Positions 50,276-60,242 of a DNA stretch of 64,000 nt are shown here, piece by piece (within the stretch, counting starts at the first letter, position 1; each line of letters opens with the position of its first letter). The notes below the pieces were generated by a model. The model was not told the origin of the DNA, searched no databases, and saw only the letters and a program-made list of their open reading frames with translations. The translations under genes were made by a program, and so were the position numbers. Source of the DNA: an uncultured Planctomycetales bacterium (GTDB lineage Bacteria; Omnitrophota; Gorgyraeia; Zapsychrales; Fredricksoniimonadaceae); assembly GCA_964483785.1 (NCBI GenBank), contig CAZACW010000003.1, forward strand, positions 20,559-84,558, written 5' to 3'.

Positions 50276-52507
50276 TTAGATCTCAACCGCTGCCCTGTAC
50301 ATTTGATGGTAGTCATCTGCCATGCGGGTATCGCTGTATTCCCGCTCAACATCTTGATAAGCCTGGTCAGCCAATTGCCTGCGCAAGGATGGATTTTGGA
50401 AAAGTTCCCCAATGGCCCTGGCCAATGCTTGAACATCCCCGGCTTCAAGTAAAAGACCATTGACATGGTCCTTGATCAATTGGCCCACCCCTCCGGTTTT
50501 AGTCGCTATCACAGGCACGCGGCTGGCCATGGCTTCTAAAATGGTCATGGGCAGACCTTCGCTGAAGGAGGCGTTGACCAGCGCGTCCATGGACCTGTAT
50601 ATTTCAGGCATGTCCTTGCGCAAGCCGGTTAAAATGATGTTTTGGGACACATTGAATTGTTTGATCTGCGCCTTGATTTGAGGCTCCAAAGGCCCTTCGC
50701 CGACGATCAACAATTTTATCCGCGGGGCTTGCTCAACCGCCCTGGCCATGGCCTCGATTAACACCTTATGCCCTTTTTCCAGGGCCAGGCGCCCTACGAT
50801 GGCCAGGACAAAATCATCCGCCGCAAGTCCGAATTCTTCCCTTAAATGCCCTGCAGTCAGGGAAGGCGAAAATTGCCGCAGATCAATGCCGTTGGCAATC
50901 ACGGATAATCGGCCGGCCGGATAATTTTTTTTCAGCAGATTCTGGTAATTGTTCTGCGACACGCAGACCACATGGTCTGCGAATTTCAAGACAAAGGCAT
51001 CCATGCGTTCATACCCTTTGAGTTTGGCGTCGGTGCCGATCCAGCCATGGATGGTGGCTGCCCATTTTTTGCCGGCCAAACGGGCGGCCCGTCCGCCCAA
51101 GAGATTGGCCTTATAATTGTGCGTATGCACCAGGTCAATGTGATGCTCCAAAATATATCTTTTGATTTGATCGATGGTTGTCAAATCAAAACGCCCCGAG
51201 GCCTCAAACACAGCATAGGCAAGCCCCATGCGCCTGGCTTCCTCAATGATCTCCAAATGCGGATTATGCGCATTATGAACAGCGCCCACGGTTTGTTGGG
51301 CGTTTTTCGTATGCGCGGCCAAATTTAAGATCACCCTTTCCGCTCCAAATAAGCCCGAGGAGCTGACTAAATGCAGGACCTTGATTTGAAACAGCCCTTC
51401 GTAGGCTGCCATCATTGCTTCCATGGAAAATTGGGACCTGACCCTCTCAAGCCCGTTTTGGCCCATGCTCTGCCTTTCTTGAGGGTTTTGGATCAAACGT
51501 TCCAAAGCTTGGGCCAGGGCCTCTGCATTTTCTTGATCGACGAGAAGGCCGTTATAACCATCCTTAACCAGTTCCGGATTTCCGCCGACCTTGGTGGCGA
51601 TCACGGCCTTGCCATGGGACATATATTCCAAAATGGCATTGGACATCCCCTCGCTTAAAGAAGGCAGGACGCACAGATCCGCCGCATCCAGTAATGCCGC
51701 GGCATCCTTGCGCTGGCCGAAGAAAAGCACCTTGTCCTTGATGTTCAAAGCATCGGCCATGGACTGGATGGCGCCGTTTAATTCATCCTTGCCGACGAGG
51801 ATCAATTTTACGAAAGGGTGCTGTTGGGATATTTTGGCAAAGGCCTGGATCAAATGAGCATGGCCTTTGACCGGCCTTAGATTGGCCACATGCATGATGA
51901 CCAAATCCCGGGGCAAGAGCCCTAAATCTTTTTTTTGCACGGCGCTGTCTAAGGGTTTTGCGTTAAACTCAACCCCATTATAAATGACCTTGATCTTCTG
52001 TGGCGGCACAGCTTCGGTGTCCCTGACCATGGCTTTGATGGATTCCGTCACTGTAACAATGGTCTGCACCCACGGATTGATGAGGCGATAGGCCCAGATA
52101 TGCAGAGGCCCGCGCCAGTACCCCATGTCCCTGCGGTTGGAAATGATGGAAGGCACCTTGGCCCAATGCGCCCACCAGGCGCCCCAGATATCCGAGCCGA
52201 AATGATAGGTCATTAAAATATGGATGGAATTGCGGCGCAGGAAATGATAAAAGCGCCAGCCTTGAAGCAGGCCTGAAAGGCCGTAAATCCTTTTGACACG
52301 GAAAATTTCAAAACAACAGCCGATGGCCTGGATCAAGGCCGGCGAGGTCTCTCCCTGCGCCTCCATGCTGATGATCCAAACATTGTAACGGTCCTTGGGC
52401 AGGCGCTTGGCAAGCTCAATGATCTGTTTTTCCGCCCCGCCGGTCACATCCCCCAGGCAATCCGTCAGCAGGGCTATATTGGTTTTCAATTGCGGCTGTG
52501 TCATCAA
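50276..52507 (-). CDS. Tandem fusion of two GT4 glycosyltransferase domains
   Basis: 743 aa. Two complete GT4 signatures: ... SLSEGMSNAILEYMSHGKAVIATKVGGNPELV ... and ... SFSEGLPMTILEAMASRVPVIATKTGGVGQLI ... Confidence 0.8.
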   Translation of the reverse strand: MMTQPQLKTNIALLTDCLGDVTGGAEKQIIELAKRLPKDRYNVWIISMEAQGETSPALIQAIGCCFEIFRVKRIYGLSGLLQGWRFYHFLRRNSIHILMTYHFGSDIWGAWWAHWAKVPSIISNRRDMGYWRGPLHIWAYRLINPWVQTIVTVTESIKAMVRDTEAVPPQKIKVIYNGVEFNAKPLDSAVQKKDLGLLPRDLVIMHVANLRPVKGHAHLIQAFAKISQQHPFVKLILVGKDELNGAIQSMADALNIKDKVLFFGQRKDAAALLDAADLCVLPSLSEGMSNAILEYMSHGKAVIATKVGGNPELVKDGYNGLLVDQENAEALAQALERLIQNPQERQSMGQNGLERVRSQFSMEAMMAAYEGLFQIKVLHLVSSSGLFGAERVILNLAAHTKNAQQTVGAVHNAHNPHLEIIEEARRMGLAYAVFEASGRFDLTTIDQIKRYILEHHIDLVHTHNYKANLLGGRAARLAGKKWAATIHGWIGTDAKLKGYERMDAFVLKFADHVVCVSQNNYQNLLKKNYPAGRLSVIANGIDLRQFSPSLTAGHLREEFGLAADDFVLAIVGRLALEKGHKVLIEAMARAVEQAPRIKLLIVGEGPLEPQIKAQIKQFNVSQNIILTGLRKDMPEIYRSMDALVNASFSEGLPMTILEAMASRVPVIATKTGGVGQLIKDHVNGLLLEAGDVQALARAIGELFQNPSLRRQLADQAYQDVEREYSDTRMADDYHQMYRAAVEI

Positions 52508-53889
52508 AGATCGTAATAGCGGACTTTTTTCTTAGGTCTGGCGGCAAAGGTCCTGGGTTTAAGCACCGCCTTGGCCGCTTGCGGGGCTTCTTCAACCGTC
52601 TGCGGCTTGGGCAGCCTGGTCATGGCATTCAACCTGCAGACCAAGGCCCCGAAAATCCAAAGATAGGCATTGGGTTCCATGTAGGACCAGCGGTCGCCGA
52701 AAAAATTATTGAAGGCCAAGATCACGATGCATATGCAAAGGCCTAAGCCCAGGGCCTTTTCCAACTCATCTTCCCCTTTTTGATACAGATAAAATCCTTC
52801 CCGGATAAAACAGAAAAGTGCTAGGACCAGGATCAAAAGGCCCACCAGGCCCTGTTCCGTCAGGATCTTGACATAGATATTGTGCGTATCCCCAAGGTCA
52901 AGGCCCAGGTAGCGGAAGGCGCCGTACCCGATGCCGACGACGGGGTTCTTTTGAAACAAGGCCATGGCCTGCTGCCAGATATTGATCCTGCGCTGGGAAG
53001 ATTCATCGAGCTGGCCGCTTTCGTTTTTAGTACCCTTGATGCGCTCCACCGCTTTTTCCGGCAATACGGCCTGCCACAAAGCCACGACCAAGATCAAGGG
53101 AATGAGCAATTTTTTGTTTTTGAGCAAAAATAAGATCATCATGCCGATGGCCATGCCGCCGTACGCCCCCCGGGAATAGGTAAAAACAATCGAATAAAAA
53201 TTCCAATAGATCAGGATGGTCAAGAGGATCTTGATCCTGCCTTTTTTAAGGGCGAATAAAAGGCTGAGCAATATGATGGTGTATTCATTGAAAAAGGCGG
53301 CCACCTCATTGGGCCCTAAAAACTGGAACGTGGCGGAGATTTTGCTGCGGGATTCCAGCGACGAGTACCAAAGCACCTGGTTAAAGGTGTAGTAATCCAT
53401 GATGCACATGGCAACACACATGGCGGCCACAATCTCCCAGATTTCTTTTTTGGTGTGCACACTGTTAAGGATGATGAAGTACAAAAGCGGCAGAACGCAG
53501 AAATTTTTCCAGTCCTGGACCCGTGAATCATGGATATCAAAGACGAATTGGCCGAAGATATAAAACCCGCCGATAATCAGGGAAATAAAGAGATAAAAGA
53601 CGAGCATCACCGAGATGCCGTTTAAGGATGAGGACTCGAAGAGTTTGCGGCCCTTGGTGCCGGATTTGGAAAACCAGCCGACGATGAGCGAAACAAGCAG
53701 AATGTCGATGAATTGGGTCCCGCCGGGGAAATCCTGCACCTTTTCCAGGATATTGCGCAGGGGCATCATGAAGGTGATGAGCAGGATGGCCCAGCGGCTG
53801 TTGCCGCCCAGCGCGGACAAGGCGCAAAACAGCCCGAAAAGATAGATCGTCAACGGCAGGAAATTTTTTAAGAGGATTCCAAGATGCAT
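52504..53889 (-). CDS. O-antigen ligase / Wzy_C-family polymerase-like membrane protein
   Basis: 461 aa, about 10 TM. A conserved TYSRGAYGG block and a periplasmic loop with His/Arg typical of the Wzy_C domain. Confidence 0.7.
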   Translation of the reverse strand: MHLGILLKNFLPLTIYLFGLFCALSALGGNSRWAILLITFMMPLRNILEKVQDFPGGTQFIDILLVSLIVGWFSKSGTKGRKLFESSSLNGISVMLVFYLFISLIIGGFYIFGQFVFDIHDSRVQDWKNFCVLPLLYFIILNSVHTKKEIWEIVAAMCVAMCIMDYYTFNQVLWYSSLESRSKISATFQFLGPNEVAAFFNEYTIILLSLLFALKKGRIKILLTILIYWNFYSIVFTYSRGAYGGMAIGMMILFLLKNKKLLIPLILVVALWQAVLPEKAVERIKGTKNESGQLDESSQRRINIWQQAMALFQKNPVVGIGYGAFRYLGLDLGDTHNIYVKILTEQGLVGLLILVLALFCFIREGFYLYQKGEDELEKALGLGLCICIVILAFNNFFGDRWSYMEPNAYLWIFGALVCRLNAMTRLPKPQTVEEAPQAAKAVLKPRTFAARPKKKVRYYDL

Positions 53890-53894
53890 ATCAG

Positions 53895-54413
53895 TTATTC
53901 ATTGAGGGTTTTGGCAGGAATGCCCACGGCCGTGGCCCCCGCGGGGACATCGTTTAAGACCACGGCATTGGCACCGATCTTGGCCCTGTCTCCGATCTTG
54001 ACGGCTCCCAGGATCTTGGCGCCGACGCCGATATACACATCGTTGCCTATTTCCGGCGCGCCCTTGCTGCCGTTGCCCCTGGTGCCGATGACGACCCCGG
54101 GACCTATGGAACAATGCTCCCCCATCTTGACATCGCTGTGCAGGATGATGCCGCCAAAATGCCCGACGTAAAATCCCTTGCCGATCTGGGCGCTGGCAGG
54201 CAGGGAAATGCCTGTCATCACCTCGGTCATTTTAAACAACAGGAAGGCGAGCAGTCTCAAAACCCAGGAAAGCAGCGGAATCTGGAAACTTCTGGCCCAT
54301 CGCCCCAATCTATAGACCGCGATGGCCCAAAGCCCTTGCTCAAAAATAAGGTAAAACGCGTGGCTTTCCAGGCCCCGGTATCTTTGGATATCTTCTTTAA
54401 AATGATTGAACAT
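53895..54413 (-). CDS. Hexapeptide-repeat acetyltransferase (serine O-acetyltransferase-like)
   Basis: 172 aa. Left-handed beta-helix hexapeptide repeats (IGPGVVIG ... IGNDVYIGVGAKILGAVKIGDRAKIGANAVV). Confidence 0.75.
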   Translation of the reverse strand: MFNHFKEDIQRYRGLESHAFYLIFEQGLWAIAVYRLGRWARSFQIPLLSWVLRLLAFLLFKMTEVMTGISLPASAQIGKGFYVGHFGGIILHSDVKMGEHCSIGPGVVIGTRGNGSKGAPEIGNDVYIGVGAKILGAVKIGDRAKIGANAVVLNDVPAGATAVGIPAKTLNE

Positions 54414-54425
54414 AAGCCGGTTATT

Positions 54426-55535
54426 TTAAGCCAAAGCGTAGACCTTTTGCATGGCTTGGGCAAAATTGTCCCAACTGAAGCGTTTGGCCTGGCCAAACCC
54501 TTTTTGGACCAGGTCCTGCCTTAACTGGTTATTTTGACATATTTCATTGATGGCGGCGGATATTTCTTGAATATTATTAGGATCGACCAGGACCGCCGCG
54601 TCCCCTGCCACTTCCGGGCAGGACGAGCCATTGGAAGTGATCACCGCCGCGCCGCATTGCATGGCTTCCAAAATCGGCAGGCCAAAGCCTTCATAGAGCG
54701 AAGGAAAAACAAAGGCATGGCAGCAGGAAAACAAGGCCACCACATCCTCATCCGTCAAATGGCTTAGGATTTTGACCTGCGGCTCCACCCCCCATTGCCG
54801 GGCCCTCTGCCGGTATTTGTCCGTGTCCATATTACTGCCTAAGACCAGGGTAAAATTTGTTTTGGCCTTGCTGGCGGCAAAGGCACGGATGATGCCGTCG
54901 ATATTTTTGCGCGGCACCGAGCCTACGGAAAACAAAAAAGGCTGATGCAGATCATATTTCGATTTTACCGCTTCCTGGGCCTTGGCCTCGGCCGGCTTGA
55001 AGCGCTCGTCCGCGCCCAAATGAATGACCTTGATCTTCTCTTCCTTAATGGCAAAATGCCTTAAAATGTCCTGCTTGGTGCATTCCGAGACCACCACACA
55101 GGCATCCAGGCTGTTGACGGTTTTTTGATAATTCCCTATGTTCTGCGCCCAAAATCCGTCCTTGATGGTCAGGGTCCTAAGATCATGGATGGTCAAAACT
55201 TTAAATATTTGGCTGGCCTGCGGCATGGTGTACCCCGCGGGGCGGTGAAAGACCCTGATTTTATGCGCTTTAAAAAATTGGGGCAGAAGAAAAGCATCAA
55301 TGAGCTGTTGGCGCATCCAAAAATCCCTGTCAGCCACGCGCAGGACATGTTTTTGAAAACGCTCTCCCTCAGGCCCGGGCATGTCCTGGGGGCTTCGCCG
55401 GAGCGAATAATAAGCCAGGTCAAAATGATTGACCTTGTCGTTTTTAAAAAGCCCGTTGACCAAACCTTCGGTATAGGTCATAAGGCCTGAACGGCGCGGA
55501 TGATTAAGGACAAAGGATTCAATGCAGATATTCAT
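54426..55535 (-). CDS. Glycosyltransferase family 4
   Basis: 369 aa. C-terminal FPSLYEGFGLPILEAMQCGAAVITS EX7E motif. Confidence 0.8.
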   Translation of the reverse strand: MNICIESFVLNHPRRSGLMTYTEGLVNGLFKNDKVNHFDLAYYSLRRSPQDMPGPEGERFQKHVLRVADRDFWMRQQLIDAFLLPQFFKAHKIRVFHRPAGYTMPQASQIFKVLTIHDLRTLTIKDGFWAQNIGNYQKTVNSLDACVVVSECTKQDILRHFAIKEEKIKVIHLGADERFKPAEAKAQEAVKSKYDLHQPFLFSVGSVPRKNIDGIIRAFAASKAKTNFTLVLGSNMDTDKYRQRARQWGVEPQVKILSHLTDEDVVALFSCCHAFVFPSLYEGFGLPILEAMQCGAAVITSNGSSCPEVAGDAAVLVDPNNIQEISAAINEICQNNQLRQDLVQKGFGQAKRFSWDNFAQAMQKVYALA

Positions 55536-55537
55536 AT

Positions 55538-56461
55538 TCAGGATTTTACCAGGGACAATAACAAAAGTCCGTAGGGTTTCATTAAGGTGATGATTTTGCG
55601 GCCCGCATGATCTGACTTTTTAAAGAAATACGAGCCTAATAAAGGATACCTCAAAATGGCTTTCCATGCATGTTGGAAGGCGTTTGGATAAGACCCTTGA
55701 TCATAGAAGGCCTTGGCCAGCAGGTACTGGTTTTCCGTAATGCGGCGCAGCATTAATTTTGGGGGCGCTTGAGGATAATTGGCCTGGATTTTGGTAAAAA
55801 TTTTAACCAAGCCCTCATACACCTTGACCATGTTTTGGGTGATCTGCTGGCCGTGGCGTCGGTAATAGGCCAGGACCTTGTGTTCGATTTCATAAAGATC
55901 ATAATGTTCCGCGATACGGATCCACATATCAATGTCTTCCATGGATTCAAGCTGGGTGTCAAATAACCCGGCTTGATCAAAACAGGCTTTTCTGGCTAAG
56001 ACCGTGGAGGTCGGGATATCGCCCCAAAGCTCCAGAAGCTCTTTCAAATTTTTTCCGGAAACACCGGCTGGCTTCATGCCGATGGTTTCGCCTTTCTCAT
56101 TGATAATGGGCATACGGCCATAAACAATGCCGACCCGGGGGTTTTGGTCAAGGACCTTGACCTGCTCCTGCAGTTTCTCCGGCGTCCAAAAATCATCGGA
56201 GTCCAAAAAAGCAATATAGCTCCCCTGGGCCTGCCTGATCCCCTGGTTGCGGGTCTGGGCAATGCCCTGATTGGCCTGGCATATGGTGTTGATCCTGCCG
56301 TCGAATTTTTTCCGGATTTCCTGGGTATTGTCCGTGGAGCCGTCATCAATCACGATGATTTCATAATCCTTGAAGGTCTGGGCCAGGACGCTGTCAATGG
56401 CCTGGCTGATCAAGGAAGCGCGGTTATAGGTGGGGATGATAACGCTGACCCTGGGCGCCAT
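55538..56461 (-). CDS. Glycosyltransferase family 2
   Basis: VSVIIPTYNRASLISQAIDSVLAQTFKDYEIIVIDDGSTDNT ... DSDD. Confidence 0.8.
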   Translation of the reverse strand: MAPRVSVIIPTYNRASLISQAIDSVLAQTFKDYEIIVIDDGSTDNTQEIRKKFDGRINTICQANQGIAQTRNQGIRQAQGSYIAFLDSDDFWTPEKLQEQVKVLDQNPRVGIVYGRMPIINEKGETIGMKPAGVSGKNLKELLELWGDIPTSTVLARKACFDQAGLFDTQLESMEDIDMWIRIAEHYDLYEIEHKVLAYYRRHGQQITQNMVKVYEGLVKIFTKIQANYPQAPPKLMLRRITENQYLLAKAFYDQGSYPNAFQHAWKAILRYPLLGSYFFKKSDHAGRKIITLMKPYGLLLLSLVKS

Positions 56462-57381
56462 TAGATTTGACCTGCCTTTCCCATCCTGCGGTATTCCTGG
56501 ATCATGCCCCAGGTGCGGAAAAAACGGCGGCAGGCATCATACCGGCCCAAGGCGTCAAATGATCCCGGCACAAAACGCAGGGCATTCTTCACAAGCTCTT
56601 TCCAAAGGTATCTGGGTACTGCCCCCCACAAAGGAAGGCCTTGGGCCCCTTCTTCCTTTTCTCTGAGGGCCGCGTATCCTCCCAAGGCCGTGTTCCAGCG
56701 CGCCGCGTGTTTTAAGGTCAGGCGGTTTAAATACACCGGATGTTGGACCAAGGCCGTGCCGCAATAAAAAAGTTTTTTCTGCTGTTTCATGAAGCGCTCG
56801 ACAATTTCCGTATCCTCGCCGATGTGGATGCGGTTGTTAAAAATCAAATCTTCGCGAAACAAGCCGCAGCTTTCAAAGAGCTCTTTGCGGAAAGCGAAAT
56901 TGGCGCTGATAAAACGAAAATAGGACAAATCATAGACAAAGGTTTTAAGGCCCTCATCATAAATCACCACCCCGCCGGAAATTTTTTTGGGATTGGTTTT
57001 GGCCCACGGCGGCGTGCCTTCCGGAAAGATGGGCAGGACCCTGCCGCCCACCCCGTCGCATTGGTTCTGCCCGAAACAGGCATCGATCTCCTGCAGCCAT
57101 CGGGGATCTGCAATAATATCATCGTCGGTAAAAGCCAGATACGCGCCCTTGGCCTGGCGGATGCCGTAATTACGCGCCGCGGCAGCGCCTTGATTGTCCT
57201 GGTAATAATAACGGATCCGATTTTCAAAAGGCTTTAATACAGTCCTGGTACCGTCGCTGGATCCATCATCAACAACAATGATTTCAAAGTCCTTGAAGCT
57301 TTGGGCCAAAAGGCTTTGAATGGCTTTGCCGATCCAGGAGGCGCGGTTATAGGTGGGGATGATGACACTGAATTTAGGCAT
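56461..57381 (-). CDS. Glycosyltransferase family 2
   Basis: FSVIIPTYNRASWIGKAIQSLLAQSFKDFEIIVVDDGSSDGT ... DDD. Confidence 0.8.
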   Translation of the reverse strand: MPKFSVIIPTYNRASWIGKAIQSLLAQSFKDFEIIVVDDGSSDGTRTVLKPFENRIRYYYQDNQGAAAARNYGIRQAKGAYLAFTDDDIIADPRWLQEIDACFGQNQCDGVGGRVLPIFPEGTPPWAKTNPKKISGGVVIYDEGLKTFVYDLSYFRFISANFAFRKELFESCGLFREDLIFNNRIHIGEDTEIVERFMKQQKKLFYCGTALVQHPVYLNRLTLKHAARWNTALGGYAALREKEEGAQGLPLWGAVPRYLWKELVKNALRFVPGSFDALGRYDACRRFFRTWGMIQEYRRMGKAGQI

Positions 57382-58333
57382 GCTGGTCCCTGTATACTTT
57401 GCGGATTTGCATGGCCTTGCCCCAATTCCTGTTTAATTCAATCCAGGCCATCAGGAATTCCCGCCGATTAAACAGATGCGCCAGCAAGCGTTTGATGTTG
57501 CGCAGAAAGACCGGAAACATATACCTTGGGACCCCCAGCCAATAAACCCAGGCAGGGTTGGCATGATTATGCTCATCCACCATGAACCGGTATTTGCCAA
57601 GCCCCGAGTTCCAGGCGCCAATATAGGAGAGGCTCATGCGGTTTTTTTCCACGGGATGCCAAACCACGGCCCTGCCGCAATAATAGAGTTTTTTGCCGGC
57701 TTTAAAAAATCGGTTGACGATTTCCGTATCATCGCCGAAACTGCCAGTGCCTGGGCCGATGGTCTCGGAAAAAAGGCCGTATTCCTTAAACAGCTCTTTT
57801 TTAAAGGCGAAATTCGAGCCCAAAAATTCAAACATAGGTTTTTCGTACGGCTTATGGTCCTGGCCGTAATCATACATGACGATAGGGCCTGATAAGATAT
57901 CGGCATTGGCCTTGACCCAGGACGGTGTTTCTTCAGGGTACTGCGGCAGCACCCGTCCGCCCACCCCGTCGCAGGCAAAGCGGGTAAAACAATCCGCGAT
58001 GTTCTGCAGCCAAAATTTGTCTGCGATAATATCATCATCCGTAAAAATCAGATGCCTGCCCACGGCCTGCTCAATGCCCAGATTCAGGGCCTTGCATTTG
58101 CCTGGATCAGGCTCAAAGCCATACCTTAAAGGGACAGGAGTTTGGGAGGCCAGTGATTTGATCATGTCCTTGGTATCATCCGTGGAATGATTGTCAACGA
58201 CCAGGATTTCCCAGGAAAATTTTCCGGTTGTGTTTTGGGCCCAGAGGCTTTCCAAACAGGCCTTCAGCTGTCGGCTGCGGTTGCGGGTCGCTATGATGAT
58301 GCTGAAATCCATATCCTGTCCTAACTTTTCCAT
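57374..58333 (-). CDS. Glycosyltransferase family 2
   Basis: FSIIIATRNRSRQLKACLESLWAQ ... EILVVDNHSTDDT ... DDD. Confidence 0.8.
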   Translation of the reverse strand: MEKLGQDMDFSIIIATRNRSRQLKACLESLWAQNTTGKFSWEILVVDNHSTDDTKDMIKSLASQTPVPLRYGFEPDPGKCKALNLGIEQAVGRHLIFTDDDIIADKFWLQNIADCFTRFACDGVGGRVLPQYPEETPSWVKANADILSGPIVMYDYGQDHKPYEKPMFEFLGSNFAFKKELFKEYGLFSETIGPGTGSFGDDTEIVNRFFKAGKKLYYCGRAVVWHPVEKNRMSLSYIGAWNSGLGKYRFMVDEHNHANPAWVYWLGVPRYMFPVFLRNIKRLLAHLFNRREFLMAWIELNRNWGKAMQIRKVYRDQHA

Positions 58334-58914
58334 TGAATACCGTTTTTAATCACCCTGGCCGGCACACCGGCTGCGAGGCTGTGAGGCGGGACACTCTTGG
58401 TCACCACAGACCCGGCGGCAATCACCGAGCCCTCCCCGATCGCCACTCCTTTTAAAATAATGGCCCGCATGCCGATCCAGACATTGTCCTCGATGACAAT
58501 GGGTTTGCTTAATTCATAGCCTTCATAGCCCATGTGATGGGCGTCCGCATCATTGAGGACCACCTCGCTCGATATGTAGACATTGCGGCCGATGGTGATT
58601 TTATTATTGCAGAACATTTTGGAATCAGTCCAGATATATCCGCTGCCTAATTCCACAATCCCGCCCTTGTTAAGGGTGATCACATTCCCGGCATAGACCG
58701 TAAAATGGCCCCGGACAATGACCTTGCTCTCGCCGAATATGTTGATCTGGGTCGGCTGATGGGTGGGGTAATTGCGGTCTTTATTGCCCAGTTCAAGTTT
58801 TGCGCCCCGATGAATGATCAGGGATTTGCGCAGGCCGTTGATTTTGGCCGGCGGGCAAATGGTCAAGCCCGGCATGGTGATGATCTTGTCCTTAATTTTC
58901 TTCAATAAGGTCAT
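58321..58914 (-). CDS. Hexapeptide-repeat O-acetyltransferase (maltose/galactoside acetyltransferase-like)
   Basis: 197 aa. ... DNVWIGMRAIILKGVAIGEGSVIAAGSVVTKSVPPHSLAAGVPARVIK. Confidence 0.8.
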   Translation of the reverse strand: MTLLKKIKDKIITMPGLTICPPAKINGLRKSLIIHRGAKLELGNKDRNYPTHQPTQINIFGESKVIVRGHFTVYAGNVITLNKGGIVELGSGYIWTDSKMFCNNKITIGRNVYISSEVVLNDADAHHMGYEGYELSKPIVIEDNVWIGMRAIILKGVAIGEGSVIAAGSVVTKSVPPHSLAAGVPARVIKNGIQWKS

Positions 58915-60242
58915 GGCTGGGGCCCTGCGGTGCCGTCTTTTTTAAATTCATTGATCCATGTCTTGATTTCAGCTAATTCTTCGGGATATTGCTTGATATA
59001 TCGCTGATGGTCCAAATGCATCCGGGCGATATTGGCTTCCACATTGTCCTTGGTTAAGAGCATGCCGAAATCCTTAGGGCATGGATGTTGAGGATCATCG
59101 GTTTCGAACAACCGGTTTAAGATCATGTCTCCGATCTGTTCCTTGAAATGCGAGGTATCCCAATAATTGGCCATTTCTTCATGGCTGCCTTCCGGGGGCA
59201 ATGGTTCTGTAGTGACGGAGGAATATCCGTAAAAATCATAAAGGGGAATGGGTTTTTGATCAGGGTGCCGGCTTGCCTCCAGGGCCAGGATCTTGACCAA
59301 GCGCCGTTTTTCGTTATCTATGGGACCCAGCCCCCCTTCCACCTTGATGGCAATTTCAAGCAGGCGGGCATGGGATGGTGTGGTGAAAATCTTCAAGGCG
59401 ATGTGATGATAGCGGCAATACTCAATGATTTTATAAAGATAATCAAAAGAACTCAGCGGGTCTTGCTCGACCGCCACCACGTCATGATAGGGCTTGATCT
59501 CCTTGACCGGAGGAGCTTCTTCGATCAGCAAATTTTTGATCAGGGCATGGTCCAGCCTGTCCATGTATTCTTCCGGGCCTAATTTTTCAAAGTCCCAACT
59601 TTTTCTCCGGTAAAATTTGTCCCCGATCCTTTGCCCGTCAGCGGCGATCCAAGATGCCGCGGCGGATTTTTGCTTTAAGACGGTGTTCCAGCTGGATTTG
59701 AGGGCATCCATGCTCGTTAATATCTTGATATCGGCCAAGGCCAGCTTGACCTTAGACCATAAAGAAGCGTCGGACATTAAAATGTCCGGGTCAAAATCGA
59801 TTTCAGGCTTATCCGGCTTGTCGAGCCTCGGATAAAGGTCCAGGCCCAAAAGGACCAATTTCTGCGGACGCACATTACCGGCATGGATCAGGTAACGGTA
59901 CATTTCTTCGACCGAGGCGCTGTCTATGCCGAGATTGTAGCGATGCCCGGCATTGCGGCCCCAAGCCGGATGATTTGTCCGCAAGCCGAAATAACAACGG
60001 GAGCTGCCTAAAAGGACCGAATCGGGTTTAAGCCTTCGGATATCATAGGCCTTTAAAAGACGTCCGCGCTCATAGGTCGAAGGTTTTTTGGCATTGAAAT
60101 TTTTAATGGTCAAAAGGTCAAACATGCCGAAAGGATCAACCAATAGATTCCAAAGCGCCGCAGTTCCCATGAGAAGAACAACGGTCAGGACCATGGCCCA
60201 CAGATATTGGGAAGATGTTGTCTGGGATTTAAATTTTGACAT
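58911..60242 (-). CDS. Hypothetical single-pass membrane protein with a large periplasmic domain. Start at MSKFKSQTTSS. Possible SGNH/AlgJ-like acyl-transfer partner (speculative).
   Basis: TM YLWAMVLTVVLLMGTAALW. A DSVLLGSSRCYFG block reminiscent of an SGNH block I. No other recognisable motif. Confidence 0.45.
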   Translation of the reverse strand: MSKFKSQTTSSQYLWAMVLTVVLLMGTAALWNLLVDPFGMFDLLTIKNFNAKKPSTYERGRLLKAYDIRRLKPDSVLLGSSRCYFGLRTNHPAWGRNAGHRYNLGIDSASVEEMYRYLIHAGNVRPQKLVLLGLDLYPRLDKPDKPEIDFDPDILMSDASLWSKVKLALADIKILTSMDALKSSWNTVLKQKSAAASWIAADGQRIGDKFYRRKSWDFEKLGPEEYMDRLDHALIKNLLIEEAPPVKEIKPYHDVVAVEQDPLSSFDYLYKIIEYCRYHHIALKIFTTPSHARLLEIAIKVEGGLGPIDNEKRRLVKILALEASRHPDQKPIPLYDFYGYSSVTTEPLPPEGSHEEMANYWDTSHFKEQIGDMILNRLFETDDPQHPCPKDFGMLLTKDNVEANIARMHLDHQRYIKQYPEELAEIKTWINEFKKDGTAGPQP

